64,000 bases of DNA from Amphiscolops sp. MND2022 (taxonomy: Eukaryota): NCBI GenBank assembly GCA_964187785.1, contig OZ076409.1, positions 83,454,001 through 83,518,000 of the forward strand. Reading direction: 5' to 3'. Below, piece by piece: positions 1 through 13,157 of the stretch. The first letter of the stretch is position 1; each line of letters opens with the position of its first letter. The position numbers and the translations under genes are program-made. Below the pieces are notes generated by a model. It was not told the DNA's origin. It did not search any database and was given only the letters and a program-made list of their open reading frames with translations.

Positions 1-417
1 GCTATTCGATCGGATGGCAGGAAGATGCTAATTAGATGCCCGGCAACACTCAATAGCAGCGGCTATGTCGAAATTCTTGAAAAGTATGACAGAAATTTGC
101 ACCTACCGGACATTGTTTTCCAGCACGATAATGCCCCAATTCACAGAAGCAGAGAGGTTTCCAACTATCTAAGTGAAAAGAAGTGGGATGTGCTCGAATG
201 GCCTCCGTATAGTCCTGATTTGAACCCCATGGAAAATATTTGGGCTATACTGAAGAAATCCCTGCAAGGACAAACTCTAACGTGGGAAAATTTGGAAGAA
301 ACAGTGATTGATATTTGGAACAATATCAGTCCCGAAATTATCCGAAATATGTACGCATCTTATGAGAGTCGCCTCGTAAAAACTATAAAAAACGATGGAA
401 ATATGATTGGTTATTAG
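1..417 (+). mobile_element. Tc1/mariner (DD34E) transposase, C-terminal part (runs off the window start)
   Basis: ORF 25-417 has FQHDNAPIH...WPPYSPDLNPMENIW, with 34 residues between the second D and the E, typical of Tc1-family DDE transposases. TIR not confidently located. Confidence 0.9.
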
Positions 418-789
418 TGTGTTTGTCTCCTAGTTTGATTATATTTTTTTTCTGTTTAAATTTCAAATTTTCCTCTCAGTTTTTAAAAATTCAACAGGTG
501 TACGTAGCTTTCTGGTACCATAGTGTATGTCTAGACGTTTGTTTTTTGGATAACATTTTTGGAATAAAACTTTCAAATGGTTTACTTGAGAAATGAACTT
601 TTTCAAACAGGGTTTCAAAATTAAATTTTCTCTTTTAATCGAATTTGTTCGTGTATTTTGCTTTGCTAACTTTTGCATGACAACAAAACGAAACCTTAAA
701 GACAAGTTTTGTCATATGATAAATACATCAGTGCCACTTGTCTCTTTTCAATAGAGGACAGGAGCCAATGTCAGGTCCGTCAACTGATA

Positions 790-852
790 ATTGGTCAAGC
801 TGCTGGAACCTTGGTTTTTGAAGCAATGGGCCGCGGGTTCGAATCTCACAAG
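790..852 (+). ncRNA. Degenerate tRNA-like / tRNA-derived SINE head, interrupted by the Gypsy insertion
   Basis: B-box-like GGGTTCGAATC at ~835-845 with a weak A-box upstream; no complete cloverleaf. Confidence 0.4.
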
Positions 853-1047
853 TGTTATACGGTGTTGATTCCGAATGACCTCTACAAAAACATAGACTAC
901 TTAACAAGTTGTTTACAAACAAACTTGAAATCATAGAACTATATTTTGTATACATTATTCGTATAGTTTTGATACGAGATAGACATACAAAATAAATCAG
1001 ATCTTTTACAGTTTTCCCTTATCTTAACTTAACTTAGAAATACAACA
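853..1047 (+). repeat. 5' LTR of Gypsy element 1
   Basis: TGTTATACGG...TACAACA, direct repeat of 8308-8502. Confidence 0.96.
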
Positions 1048-1060
1048 TGGCGCAGTCAGC
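1048..1060 (+). promoter_or_regulatory. Primer binding site, probably tRNA-Ser
   Basis: TGGCGCAGTCAGC directly after the LTR, resembling the complement of invertebrate tRNA-Ser 3' ends (TGGCGCAGTCGG). Confidence 0.7.
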
Positions 1061-1096
1061 CAATTTTTAACAAAATTGCAACGAACTTTTACCAAC

Positions 1097-3885
1097 ATGG
1101 CTGAACGAAGCATAGTACCGAACTTAGAAGCAAAAGCTCAGATGGAAACCCGGTCTTCACACCGAGACAATGGTTAGAAAGATTCCGGCAATTCTGCAAA
1201 CGGGAACACAAAATAGATATCACTCCACTAATGAAAGGAGAATAAACAACCAATTGGTCCGGAAAATAACAAACCATACAAGAAGATTTTATATGGGGTG
1301 TGGGAGCGGAAGCGCTCTATCAAATAACCAGGGCCGAATACAAAACGGAACCCGACAGTATCAAAATATTAGACCTAATCCGGTTATTCACCGAGTTCTA
1401 TATGCCGAAACGAAACACTTACCACAACCGAGGAAATTTCTTCTGGGCAAAACAGACCAAAGAGGAGACACCGGAAGAATTCTGGAGACGGTTAATCGAA
1501 ATCGAAAAAGAATGTAATTTTAATACGATCTCGGCTGAAGAACAGCTAATATCGAAGTACATGACAACAATCACCATTAAAAAATTACGGGACAAAATAA
1601 TGAAAGAAAAAACTTTGGAAATAAAGAATACAATCGAATTAAGAAAACAAAACACGTATGAAAAGAAAAACAAAAAGAATACAATTCCGGAAGCTCTGAT
1701 ATCAACGAAAGAAAAACACATAATAAAAGAAGAACCAATACAAAGAATGGAACGATACGGAGCGAAACCGAAGAACAAAAATTTCGGAAACCGACCGTGT
1801 AGATACTGCAATGCTCCGAACTGGACACCACTGCATAAATGTCCTGCAACCGAAGTAAACTGTAACAAGTGCGGAAGGAAAGGACACTACGCGAGAGCAT
1901 GCAGACAGAAATTCAACAGCAGCCGAACAGTGAAAAGACTAACCGAAGATGAAATAAATGACCCGAACGAATCATCATGCGAGTCAGAAGAAGACATACA
2001 ACACATAAAAGAAATCAAGAAAATCGAAGAAACAAATAAACCCTATACCGCGACAGTAAAGATCAATGGCATAGCGAAAGAAATCATCATCGATACCGTA
2101 TCCCCAATATCTATAATGCCACCGGATAAACGAATAATGAAACCAACTGAAAAACAAAAAGTGACAAACCGATACCAAGACGTGAACAAAAACGAAGTAA
2201 AATTCCGAGGAAAGATTCCGGTGAACATTGAGTACGAAAACAACAAACAAAAAATAGAAATTCTGATAACCGAGAGAACAGACATCACACCCCTTTTGGG
2301 TATGGATTGGATGCGAATATTCGAACTCACAAGTGGCAAAATACAACTGACCGAGAATACCCAATCAGAGAAAGAGAAAATATTCGGAAAATTCCGAGAC
2401 TTGTTCGAAAACAACGAAACAATAAAAGATGCCGAAATGAAAATTCAGCTCAAACCGGGACACTACCCAGTCAAACAAAAAGCAAGACCAGTACCACTAC
2501 ATCTACAGGAAGACGTCGGAAAAAAATTAGAAAAACTAATTCGTACCGGACACCTAGAAAAAATCAACGACGTAGATGAAGATTGTTTTGTGTCACCGGT
2601 AGTAATCACAATAAAAAGCGATGAATCAGTAAAAATCGCACTTGACTCTCGAAAACTTAATGACAGCTGCATTAAAAGGAGACCCCACATGCCGAATATG
2701 GAAGAACTACTAAACCAAATCTCGGTAGAAATTACACGTGACCGGACAGTACAATTATTCCTATCAAAGATCGATTTGGACTACGCATACGGGCAAATGA
2801 AACTGTCAGAAGAAACGAGCCGACAAAGTGTTTTCGCAATAACCGGAGGGAACTTTAGTGGATATTACAGATTCAAAAAAGGGTTTTACAGACATGCCGA
2901 TATACCCACCATATTTTAAGAAAAAATCGACCGGACACATGAATATTGTACACCGGCATGGTTGGATGACATAATTGTAGTAACACGGGGAATTAAACAA
3001 GACCATGAGAAAAAGCTCTTCGATGTCCTAAATAAATTGGAGAAAGCCGGTTACAGAGCAAGTAAAAAGAAATCCGAACTCTTCATGAATGAAACAAAAT
3101 AGCTCCAACACGAAATAAATGAAAACGGAATCAAACCGAACGAAGAAAAAGTAGATTCCATACTAAAGTTGGAAGCACCGGAAATTACAAAAGACCTGAA
3201 ATCATTCCTCGGAGCCATACAATTAATGGCAAAATTTGAACCGAAACTTTCAGAACGAACAGACCGATTGAGAAAACTATTGAAAAAGAACGAACCATGG
3301 AAATGTGGACTGGAACAAGAAACGGACTTTAACCGGATAAAACAAATGCTAACCGAAGGTCCATGTTTAGCACATTATGCAAAGGACAAAGACAACCTGG
3401 TAACAACCGACGCAAGTAAAACCGGACTCGGAATTGCTTTATGGCACAAACAAGATGACGGGAATATAAAACCGATCGCGGACGGTAGCAGATATTTGAA
3501 CGATACCGAAAAAAACTATTCAATCGGTGAATTAGAATTACTAGCAGTAGTGTGGGGGTTAGAAAACCTCCGATTCTACCTTTACGGAAAGAAAGTATAT
3601 TTATATATAGACCACCAAGCATTGGAACTATTAATAAAACGTAACCGATGCAACAAACAATACAGCGCAAGATTAACTCGGTGGCTAGACCGACTAGCAC
3701 ACTTTGACATTGCAATGCAACATATTGCAGGAAGCAATTTGAAATTCACGGTTTACCTCAGTAGGAATCCGGTAGGGGGAGCTACACCGGAAGATAATTA
3801 CGATGAGGAATACGTAATTAACATACAATCCGAAAACAAAAGTGAGCAGCAAACGAACCAATCACAAGCGAATAGAACATTCAAT
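1097..3885 (+). pseudogene. gag-pol (Gag with zinc knuckle, protease, RT, RNase H), disrupted
   Basis: ATG at 1097, then a frameshift. CNKCGRKGHYARAC knuckle; protease IIDTVSPIS (DTG altered) and LLGMDW; RT KIDLDYAYGQ and WLDD (~2960); RNase H TDAS...ELELLAV...DH. Stops at 2917 and ~3100. Confidence 0.9.
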
Positions 3886-4580
3886 GAAGTATAAGTATTT
3901 TGTAAAAGTTAAGTAAAATTTGCATTGAAGTATAAGTATTACTGATACTTTTTCTACTTGTTAATGCATGGGAAATGTATCAAATTTCCTTATATCTAAC
4001 TGTTTTCAGGATTCCTTATAAACTGTATACTAAGGACTCAAAAACTTTTTCCCATTTTATAAGTTTTACTAATAATCAAAATAAGTATTCTTGATACTTT
4101 GTATTAATAATCTTAATGCGCTTGAATTTTTATCAAAAATAAGATTCCTTATACGATTTGCGAGTATTCTTAGAATTCCTGATTTCAAATATAGTATATT
4201 TTATTAGGATTACTAAAGATTAGTATAAGAAATCCTATTTGTGTATAATGAATCCTTTTTGTGTATAAGAAATACTGTTTGTCTATATGATCTCCGCGGA
4301 AATAGTATAACTTATACTTGACACTAGTATAAGAAATCCTTATAATGGGGTTATTTATTAGAAATCCTAATAAGTCGCATTAGGTTTTTTGATAGCGTGT
4401 ATATAAAATCCTCCGTTTTCACCAAATATTAAAAATCCTTAAATTTTCGAAAAAGTTAAAACATACAAATAGGTAATAATAATACAAAAAATAATACATT
4501 AGGGGCCAGTGAAAATTCCCTTGTGGAACATTTAAGGATATTTAATAAACTTTTGAGGCTCGTGAAAGTTGTGTCTTGTA
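3886..4580. mobile_element. AT-rich ~0.7-kb foreign insertion inside pol (boundaries approximate)
   Basis: Abrupt switch from A-rich coding sequence to T-rich non-coding DNA with inverted motifs GATTCCTTATA / TATAAGAAATCC; pol-like sequence resumes at ~4581. Confidence 0.6.
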
Positions 4581-5078
4581 ATGTTCCAGAGTAAAAGCGG
4601 CGTGAACAAAAGAAACCGAAGTGAGAAAAATACATCCGGGCAGTCCGAATTTAGCGCGTCAAAATCAAGTTGCAAATTGAAACAGCATTCAAACACCAAT
4701 CAAAAGAAGAAATTACTTAACTTAAATTCGGAAATTACCGACATGGATAGAGAAAATTTTTACCACTGGGAAGCGACACGGGAAATTATGGACATCATAC
4801 GGAAGAGAAACAAACGCCCGGAAACACGCAGACTGGTCTAGCTAAGGAATGCCTTATCAAAACCGGGAACACTAAGGAGAAGATATGATCCATACACACA
4901 ACGGACAATCTTCGCACCTACAAGACCAAATAAACGCAACCGAGAAGAAATAGCAGAGATAGATGCGGAACTGCTACAGAGAACGCACCGACTGGGGGAG
5001 GCTACCACCCATTGACCGAAGATACGGAAGAAACCGAAAATCCGGAAAAGGCGAACTAGAACCCGAGCAACCCTCATC

Positions 5079-6787
5079 ATGAGAGGAGACAACCTCCCAA
5101 TAGTAGACCTGAGCAAATTCAACACGGACGGCAAGGAAGCAAATAACCGAAGACACGATAAAGAATTCGAATTTATGCTGGATCTAAAAACACTAATTTC
5201 AAAGACCGCCATTGACCCCGAACTTACAAGAGTAAGAGCAAGCATGAGACGGGAAGAAAGGGACACAACCCCCGAAGGATATAGACCAGTATTCGACAAG
5301 CTCTCTATACGATGGGGACTTGTGTTCATGGACGACCAAATAGTAGTTCCGGTAGATCTCCGAAGACGGCTACTAGACATTTTACATTTCGGTCACGCCG
5401 GTATGACAAAGATGACAGCCGAAGCAAAAATCTTCTGGTGGCCGGATATTAACCGGGACATCGAGAACAAGGTCAAGGACTGCATCGCCTGCCTTGCATC
5501 AGGTAAAAATTTAAAATACCAACTACCAAATAACCACTACGGAAAATTGAAAAAAACTAACCGAACCGGGCCAAGGAATACAAATCGATTTTACCGGAAA
5601 ATTACATAACAAACGAATAAGCGGGGATGTCCAAATTTTAATAACGGTAGACTGCTTTAGTAAATGGCCTACAGTAAAAATATGCAAAACCGCTGAAACA
5701 AAGGAAGTTCTGAATTTCCTAACAAATAATTTTAACTTATACGGATCCCGGAAAAGATAAAATCGGATAAAGGGGGAGCCTTTATATCGAACGAATACAA
5801 AGATTTTTGTAAAAACCGAAACATAGAAATCGAATACTGCACACCCCGACTACATACGGGAAACGGAGTAGTCGAAAGAGCGATACAAACTTTAAAAAAT
5901 TCAATGCTAACAAACTTAGAAGAAGGAACGGACTTAACCAAAAGCGTGAACCGAGCACTCCGAGTAATGCGCTTTACAATACATACCGGGTTGAAAAGAA
6001 CACCATTTGAACTTCACCACGGTAGAAAACCGAGAACCGAACTAACTAATATCGTTAAAGACGGGAAAACATATTTATCGGATTGGTCAGAAATATCTAT
6101 TTCAGCACCAAATAAACCGAAGATCCCAATTTATGTGGGCCGCAATGCGGATGGCGAGATCACCAATCATATGGTCATGGCAAGAAACAAGACCGAAGAG
6201 AGGCAAGCCAACGAAGGCCCAAAGTCACCGAAGAAGAAAAATTCGGTTAGCTACCCTTTCAAATTTGTAGCAAAAAATCACAACAAAAAGTCATTAGAAG
6301 AAAGATTTCAAAAAAAATCCAAACCGCAATTGACGGAACTGAAAAAACTATAAAAACAGATACGGGAAAAATAATACACCGGAAACTTATTTCGGGACCG
6401 TTGTTTCAGACCGAAAAGAAGAGCCGAAAAGGTACGGCATTAACAAATGCCGAAATCACACCGAAGAACCGCCACTGCCAGAGAGGGCTTGACGGAAAGT
6501 ATGGCCGATGGGATGAGATATTGCGCGACATCCTAAACGGCAAACTAAAATTCGGCCAAAATCGGAAAGCGAGCATGTCAGAGACCGAAGACGATGATGA
6601 TGACGATGATGAAGAAATGCCGTAGGAAACCAGCAACCGAAGTTATGACACATCGGAACGGGAAGGTCGGTACGAGCCGATACGAACCAACTCAGACGAA
6701 GACGTAATTCAAATTCACACCGATGGCGAAATTCCACAGGGTGAGAACACTGTGAATAAAATACGGCGATCTAACCGAAACACAAAT
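5079..6787 (+). pseudogene. Integrase copy 1 (HHCC + DDE), frameshifted
   Basis: HFGHAG...CIAC zinc domain, QIDFTG, KSDKGGAF, NGVVERA; frameshifts near 5555 and 5745. Confidence 0.88.
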
Positions 6788-6790
6788 GCA

Positions 6791-8099
6791 GTCAAGGACT
6801 GCATCGCCCGCCTTGCATCAGGTAAAAATTTAAAATACCAACTACCAAATAACCACTACGGAAAATTGAAAAAACTAACCGAACCGGGCCAAGAAATACA
6901 AATCGATTTTACCGGAAAATTACATAACAAACGAATAAGCGGGGATGTCCAAATTTCAATATCGGTAGACCGCTTTAGTAAATGGCCTACAGTAAAAATA
7001 TGTAAAACCGCTGAAACAAAGGAAGTTCTGAACTTCATAGCAAATAATTTTAACTTATGCGGAATACCGGAAAAGATCAAATCGGATAAAGGGGGAGCCT
7101 TTATATCGAAAGAATACAAAGATTTTTGTAAAAACCGAAACATAGAAATCGAATACTGCACACCCCGACTACATACGGGAAACGGAGTAGTCGAAAGAGC
7201 GATACAAACTTTAAAAAATTCAATGCTAACAAACTTAGAAGAAGGAACGGACTTAACCAAAAGCGTGAACCGAGCACTCCGAGTAATGCGCTTTACAATA
7301 CATACCGGGATGAAAAGAACACCATTTGAACTTCACCACGGTAGAAAACCGAGAACCGAACTAACTAATATCGTTAAAGACGGGAAAACATATTTATCGG
7401 ATTGGTCAGAAATATCTATTTCAGCACCAAATAAACCGAAGATCCCAATTTATGTGGGCCGCAATGCGGATGGCGAGATCACCAATCATATGGTCATGGC
7501 AAGAAACAAGACCGAAGAGAGGCAAGCCAACGAAGGCCCAAAGTCACCGAAGAAGAAAAATTCGGTTAGCTACCCTTTCAAATTTGTAGAAAAAAACACA
7601 ACAAAAAGTCATTAGAAGAAAGATTTCAAAAGAAAATCCAAACCGCAATTGACGGAACCGGAAATACTATAAAAACAAACGGGAAAAATGATACACCGAA
7701 AGTTTATTTCGGGACCGTTGTTTCAGACCGAGAAGAGCCGAAAAGATACGGCATTAACAAATGCTGAAATCACACCGAAGAACCGCCACTGCCAGAGAGG
7801 GCTTGACGGAAAGTATGGCCGATGGGATGAGATATTGCGCGACATCCTAAACCGCAAACTAAAATTCGTCCAAAATCGGAAAACGAGCATGTCAGACCGA
7901 AGACGATGATGATGACGATGATGAAGAAATGCCGTAGGAAACCGGCAACCGAAGTTATGACACATCGGAACGGGAAGGTCGGTACGAGCCGATACGAACC
8001 AACCCAGACGAAGACGTAATTCAAATTCACACCGATGGCGAAGTTCCACAGGGTTAGAACACTGTAAATAAAATACGGCGATCTAACCGAAACACAAAT
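6791..8099 (+). repeat. Tandem duplicate of the integrase core and 3' region (copy of 5472-6787); ORF 6752-7615 keeps the DDE core open
   Basis: Near-identical direct repeat starting GTCAAGGACTGCATCGCC at 5472 and 6791. Confidence 0.93.
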
Positions 8100-8307
8100 A
8101 AACCGAATAGATACGGCTGTATACCATACACTGGAAAGTTTTGGGGATAATCAAAATTTAATTTGTTACAGGTTCGAACTGAATCAATCGCAAGGGAACG
8201 CCCCAACCGGTAACTACACACAAACCAGCCGACTTCATGCCCAACGAAACAATCTCCCCCGGAACGTCGACATTCAACTAAAAAGAGCTCGGAGAGAGAG
8301 GAGGAAA

Positions 8308-8502
8308 TGTTATACGGTGTTGATTCCGAATGACCTCTACAAAAACATAGACTACTTAACAAGTTGTTTACAAACAAACTTGAAATCATAGAAATATATT
8401 TTGTATACATTATTCGTATAGTTTTGATACGAGATAGACATACAAAATAGATCTGATCTTTTACAGTTTTCCCTTATCTTAACCTAACTTAGAAATACAA
8501 CA
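8308..8502 (+). repeat. 3' LTR of Gypsy element 1
   Basis: Preceded by PPT GGAGAGAGAGGAGGAAA and followed by TSD ACAAG. Confidence 0.96.
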
Positions 8503-8697
8503 ACAAGCATCCGGTTTTTTCATCTCATCGTAAGGAGCTACACTGACATTAATAGAATTTCCGTCTTATCTGTTGTTCAGAAAAAAATTCAGGTAAGACG
8601 TTTTCTTCAGGAGTCTTTTGGAGACAACTTATCGTGAAACTTTGTGAACCAATATTGTCGCAATTAATCAAATTACACTTGGTCAGTAAAATGGTTT

Positions 8698-11600
8698 TCA
8701 TAACTTTTCGAGGAATGATTGAGAAACTAAAAGCATAAGTGATCTTCCATTTGAAAAAATTCAATTTTTGCACTTGTGACATTCTGCTATGTCTTTGATT
8801 CAATGCATTTTTTTGTCTTTTAAAAAGAAACACTATCTAAAATAGAATCAATGCTTACTTTTGAGAGCTAGGGTAACAATACACCCGCTGAGCAGCGGGA
8901 TAACTTCCGCCCCGAATTGTATTAGCAAAGACACAATCATAAGACTCGATAGTAACCACTGAGCTATGAAAAAACGAAGTTTGAGAAATTGAAAATTTTG
9001 ACACCTTTCAACTTTGGAACATGCTAGGTACCTAATTGTATTACTGTTAAGCTCAGTGGGTACTCTTACCCACGTAAACTATCAAAAGTGTGCTATCAAG
9101 ATGCCAGTGAAAGTCAGAGGTTGAGCGAAATTATGTCCTGAACAACGTGGGGTCTAGGATTCGTCAAATTTTGATTTTCGAGGTGGGTACATTTCCAGAT
9201 TCTATCTCCCCAGAGCAAGCTACAGTGCCATAATTGCAACCAGGTGTTCAACTGTTGCTGGGTTTCAAGCTATGATTTCAAATTGATTCGCTCTAAGTCA
9301 CAAAAGTCTGTGCCAATGGCTGTTTTTTCACTTTTGCTTTCCCCATCAATTGCTCTTTTTGCAGATCATGCAAGTGAACTAGGGATTAGGAGTTTCCTCC
9401 AAACCCAACAGGGGTGGAATGGGAGAGATTCGAAACTGAATCCTCGCTAACACAGGACTAATGCATCGTTGTTCTCAAAACAGGAAACATTGGTCCTCTC
9501 TACTCATTTTTCAAAAGAAAAACTATGGTCACCAAAAGAAACGTTTATTGAAACGCTGATAGTTTTGCTTCTCAACTTCTAGGATCTTCACACCTACGAA
9601 AACATGTCATTTTGGTGAAAAACAATGTAAAAATTACGTTATCAGTTATATTTCTCGACTATGGTTAATTGAGACAATTTTCCGGAAAGTGATTCTCTCA
9701 GTACAAGAAATGCTGAGTAGCCATCAAGTGCGCCTGTTAATGACAATTCGAAAACTGCATATCCGCGTTAACGTCCAAACGTTGTAGGAAATTGGGCAAC
9801 ACTCTCGAAAGTGGAAGTTTTCGTCGTAGTCTAAAAGTTTCCTTCATTCCTTTGAAAGCAGAACTTGACGTTTCTCCTAAACCAGGTGTTTTACTAACCA
9901 TGTTGTGTTTAAGCTCCATGGATAACCATAAATACGAAAATAGGCCCCTCCGGGGCTCAGTACTATTTCTGCTTTAATCTTTCATTAATAATAGAATCAT
10001 ATCTGGAATACCAATACACTCTTGTTTAATCATTATTTAGCGCACAATTAATCACTGTGCAAGTTTACACCGCCTTTAATTCTTCTCGGATAGAAGAAAA
10101 TATAACTACTAAGCGTAGACGAAGTTTCGCATTCGCATTTGAATGCAGGCGAAGCTCTCAACGAACGAATATTTAATACTCATTCGCTTCATATCAAAAA
10201 CTCGGGGCAACGAAAGCACAATAACGAACATTCGCTCGCTTCATCTCAATGACGTCAGCATACGAATGGATATTTACCACTCGCTCGTTCCATCGCACTA
10301 GACTTGAATTGTCGTAGGCAGCTTGAGAAATTTAATTCCCACGCTTACAATCACTGCCGAACAAAATATCTGAATGATTCAGTATTGTACGAAAATTTGT
10401 ACTGAAGAAAAAAGTAGACAGTTTGAGGTTACAATAAAATTCCTGCTAAAGCAGAAATAGTAAAAACAAACTGAAAAGTCACAAAATTTAGCTTAAAACG
10501 CTCACAAAAGGCACAAATTGCCAACTTTCCACATATTTCTTACCAACTTCTGAGCATTCCGTGGCAGTGAAAGTAGAAAACGTAGACCACATTAGTGGTT
10601 TTTCCAACACCATTCGAACGGGAATTTTATATTGAATTCTTTTCGTTATTACGTCACTTTGCCTTGGTGGTTAGAGCGGGAAGCAGATATTTGTGGGTTC
10701 AAATCCCGGGCTGAACTATTGATTTTTAGTCGGCGCTTTTCTAGTGAAAAGAGCCCGACTATTACAGTGGCTAGTTTTTTTTCGTCAGACCACAGACCTC
10801 GTCGTGTATGTACCACTTTTTAGTAGACTTTACTTGGTTTACGGTGAACCCAGCGGTCACGGGTTCGAGTCCTTGCTTTGGCCATAAACTTTTTCGAGCA
10901 TTTGCGAAAGCGGACGAGACTGAAGGGTTCCCTCTTTCAATTTTTTCGGCACAGTGCGACTTTCGATTTTTTTGCCTTCTGAGGGTCCCACTTTCCAAGT
11001 TGTTTTGATACTTTGAAGCAAACTAAAGTGCCAAAAGCCCGAAGGGTCTCCAATTTTAAGTAATTCGGCACTATGAAACTGTTCCAATTTCTCATTATTC
11101 GTTTTTTTCGAAAATTTCAAAAAATATATATCGAAATTTTTTCGTTTCCAAAAGGTCCCCCTTCAATTTTTTTGATATTTTGCAACAAACTGGATTTTCA
11201 AAAAGCCTGAAGGGTCCCCCTTTTACAGTTTTAAAAACTGCGCTTTTTGAGCCTTAGACATAGTGCCGACTTTAGACATTCCCGTCTTGTTTTAACAACA
11301 AACTCGAAATACATCTTCATAAAAAGCAAACTGTAAGCTAGTTCATTTGGAAATGATTCTTCTGAAGTTTGAAACCTTCGAAATGGCTCGAAAAAAATAC
11401 AAAGATGCTTTTGAATGAAAAAAACCTTAAGAAAAGTTTCTTGCAATTCATTTTGGGTCATTTCAGGGTCAATCTAATCGTTTCCAGAAAAATTCCGATT
11501 CAAAAATTCTCCACGAAGACAAATCACACGAGAAGTTCATTTGGGTTTGATGTTTAGTTTTTACAGTTTTTTGATGATTTCAGTTGAGCGTTTTTTAGTC

Positions 11601-11756
11601 TAGGTTCCTTTACACAATAGTTCTACACATTGAAAGATTTCTCCACAAGATGCCTGCTTAGAACTGATGAACACCCTGAAAATTTTGAGCAACGAAAATT
11701 TTGAAATGTCTCAGGTAATAAAATGCCAAAAAGCGTTCGAAATTTGCACAAAAAAT
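8698..11756 (+). repeat. ~3.06-kb tandem segmental duplication, copy 1
   Basis: Nearly identical to 11760-11844 joined to 24093-27065; the same short ORFs recur in the ORF track (e.g. 9792 and 25103, 10771 and 26080). Confidence 0.93.
10723..11293 (+). mobile_element. Helentron-type non-autonomous element (HINE/DINE-1-like), family 1
   Basis: T-run then 5' hairpin AGTCGGCGCTTTTC-tagt-GAAAAGAGCCCGACT; 3' subTIR GCCGACT followed by stem-loop AGAC..GTCT and TGTTTT; several related copies in the window. Confidence 0.7.
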
Positions 11757-12659
11757 AACTCATAACTTTTCGAGGAATGATTGAGAAACTAAAAGCATAA
11801 GTGATCTTCCATTTGAAAAAATTCAATTTTTGCACTTGCGACATCATTACGATACACATGCCGGTACGAACTAGCAGGATCCTGCTAGTTCGATTTTTGT
11901 CCAATCAGAGCGCGAATATTTTTTTTGGAAGTTTTACACTTTTCTCACATTACGCGCATTGATAGGCCGTTACACTCGTTGATTTTGCTACGTACGTTGA
12001 CTAGTTTACACCATTGGATAGTACAGTAATTGACTAGCTTACACCATATGACTAGTTTAAGCAATTTGACTAACTACACTGTGCATCTCATATTTACACA
12101 TAGTTCTGGCAATTACGGGTTTTTACTGGTGAGCTACACACGCCGACTCGTAACTACACTGCTTGATTCGCCTACACAGTATCAAATCGCATAAACAGTA
12201 AATCTGACTACAGGAAGTGCTCACGACAGGGACCAAAATTACCAAGTTCAATGAAGCAACCGCCCCTTCATTATGAGACCTACTTTCATTTGTTTGGGAA
12301 GTCTTGGATGGGGGGGGGGTGTTGTTGGATAAGAAACAGTATTTATCTGAGGGAGGATAAGGCACATGGTCCAAACTTCGTTTTTAGTTCAATAATTCAA
12401 GATCGGTGTTCCATAAACTACTGTTTTCGGTTTGATAAAGTTTCAACTTCGTATAGACTATTTGTTACAACTTTTCTTGATGTTGCTCACGACAGGGATC
12501 AAAACCACATATGTACGTTATCAATTTTTTATTTTGAATAATATCAATAAATATCAATTAATTTTTTATTGAATAAAAGAATAATATCATGAATTGACAA
12601 TATATTGTTCAGAAATAATAAATTCGATTGTGAGGATTACTCTTTCTTGAAGATGTTGT

Positions 12660-13157
12660 AAAAACAAACCGGGTCCGGCCCAAGTCGGCGCCATATCCAA
12701 GGCTCAAAAATAGCAAAAGGACTTCCCAGTGTCAAGTATTCTCTTCTACAGTACCCGCATGAAAAAAGGAAAAAAATCGGAAAATTTTCGATTTTTTTTG
12801 AAGAACCAAAAAAATGGACTGAGTGGCGCGCCGGGCTGATTTGGGATTTTCCAACATCCATTCTGTCGCAAAACAGCAGAAAAATTGAAGGGGGACCCTT
12901 TGGGGGAAAAATTTCCGAAAAAAGTCTCGCAGTGCCGAAAAAAATTGAAGGGGTACCCTTTGGTCTCGCCCGGTACGGTATGTTACGCGGGAAAACAGGA
13001 AAAACCTTTTTGGTTCAGTTCGCTAGGCCAAATGGTGCAATTTGGTGCAATAATATTTTGTAGAACTTTTAAGAACTACTTTGGTCAGTTCGTGGTGATA
13101 GAAAAAAAGAGCCACTATAATAGTCGCGTTTCACTTCATGAAGCACCGACTAAAAAA
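12660..13157 (-). mobile_element. HINE-like family 1 copy
   Basis: AAGTCGGCGCC near 12682, GCACCGACTAAAAA at the other end, shared GGGGACCCTTTGGG internal motifs. Confidence 0.65.

Larger units (their letters stand above)
853..8502 (+). mobile_element. Full-length but decayed Ty3/Gypsy LTR retrotransposon (Mag-like)
   Basis: 195-bp TG...CA LTRs at 853-1047 and 8308-8502 (about 4 mismatches). 5-bp TSD ACAAG at 848-852 and 8503-8507. PBS at 1048, PPT at 8291-8307. Domain order gag-PR-RT-RH-IN. Confidence 0.96.

Noticed and set aside
420..790. Right TIR of the Tc1 element
   Set aside because: The left end is outside the window, so no inverted partner or TA TSD could be verified.
1419..8410. 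Minus-strand ORFs overlapping Gypsy element 1
   Set aside because: Antisense shadows of A-rich coding sequence with no domain signal.
10660..10880. Functional tRNA genes (also ~790-852, ~19230-19300, ~25970-26190, 32112-32180)
   Set aside because: Only A/B-box-like fragments; acceptor and anticodon stems do not pair into a cloverleaf.
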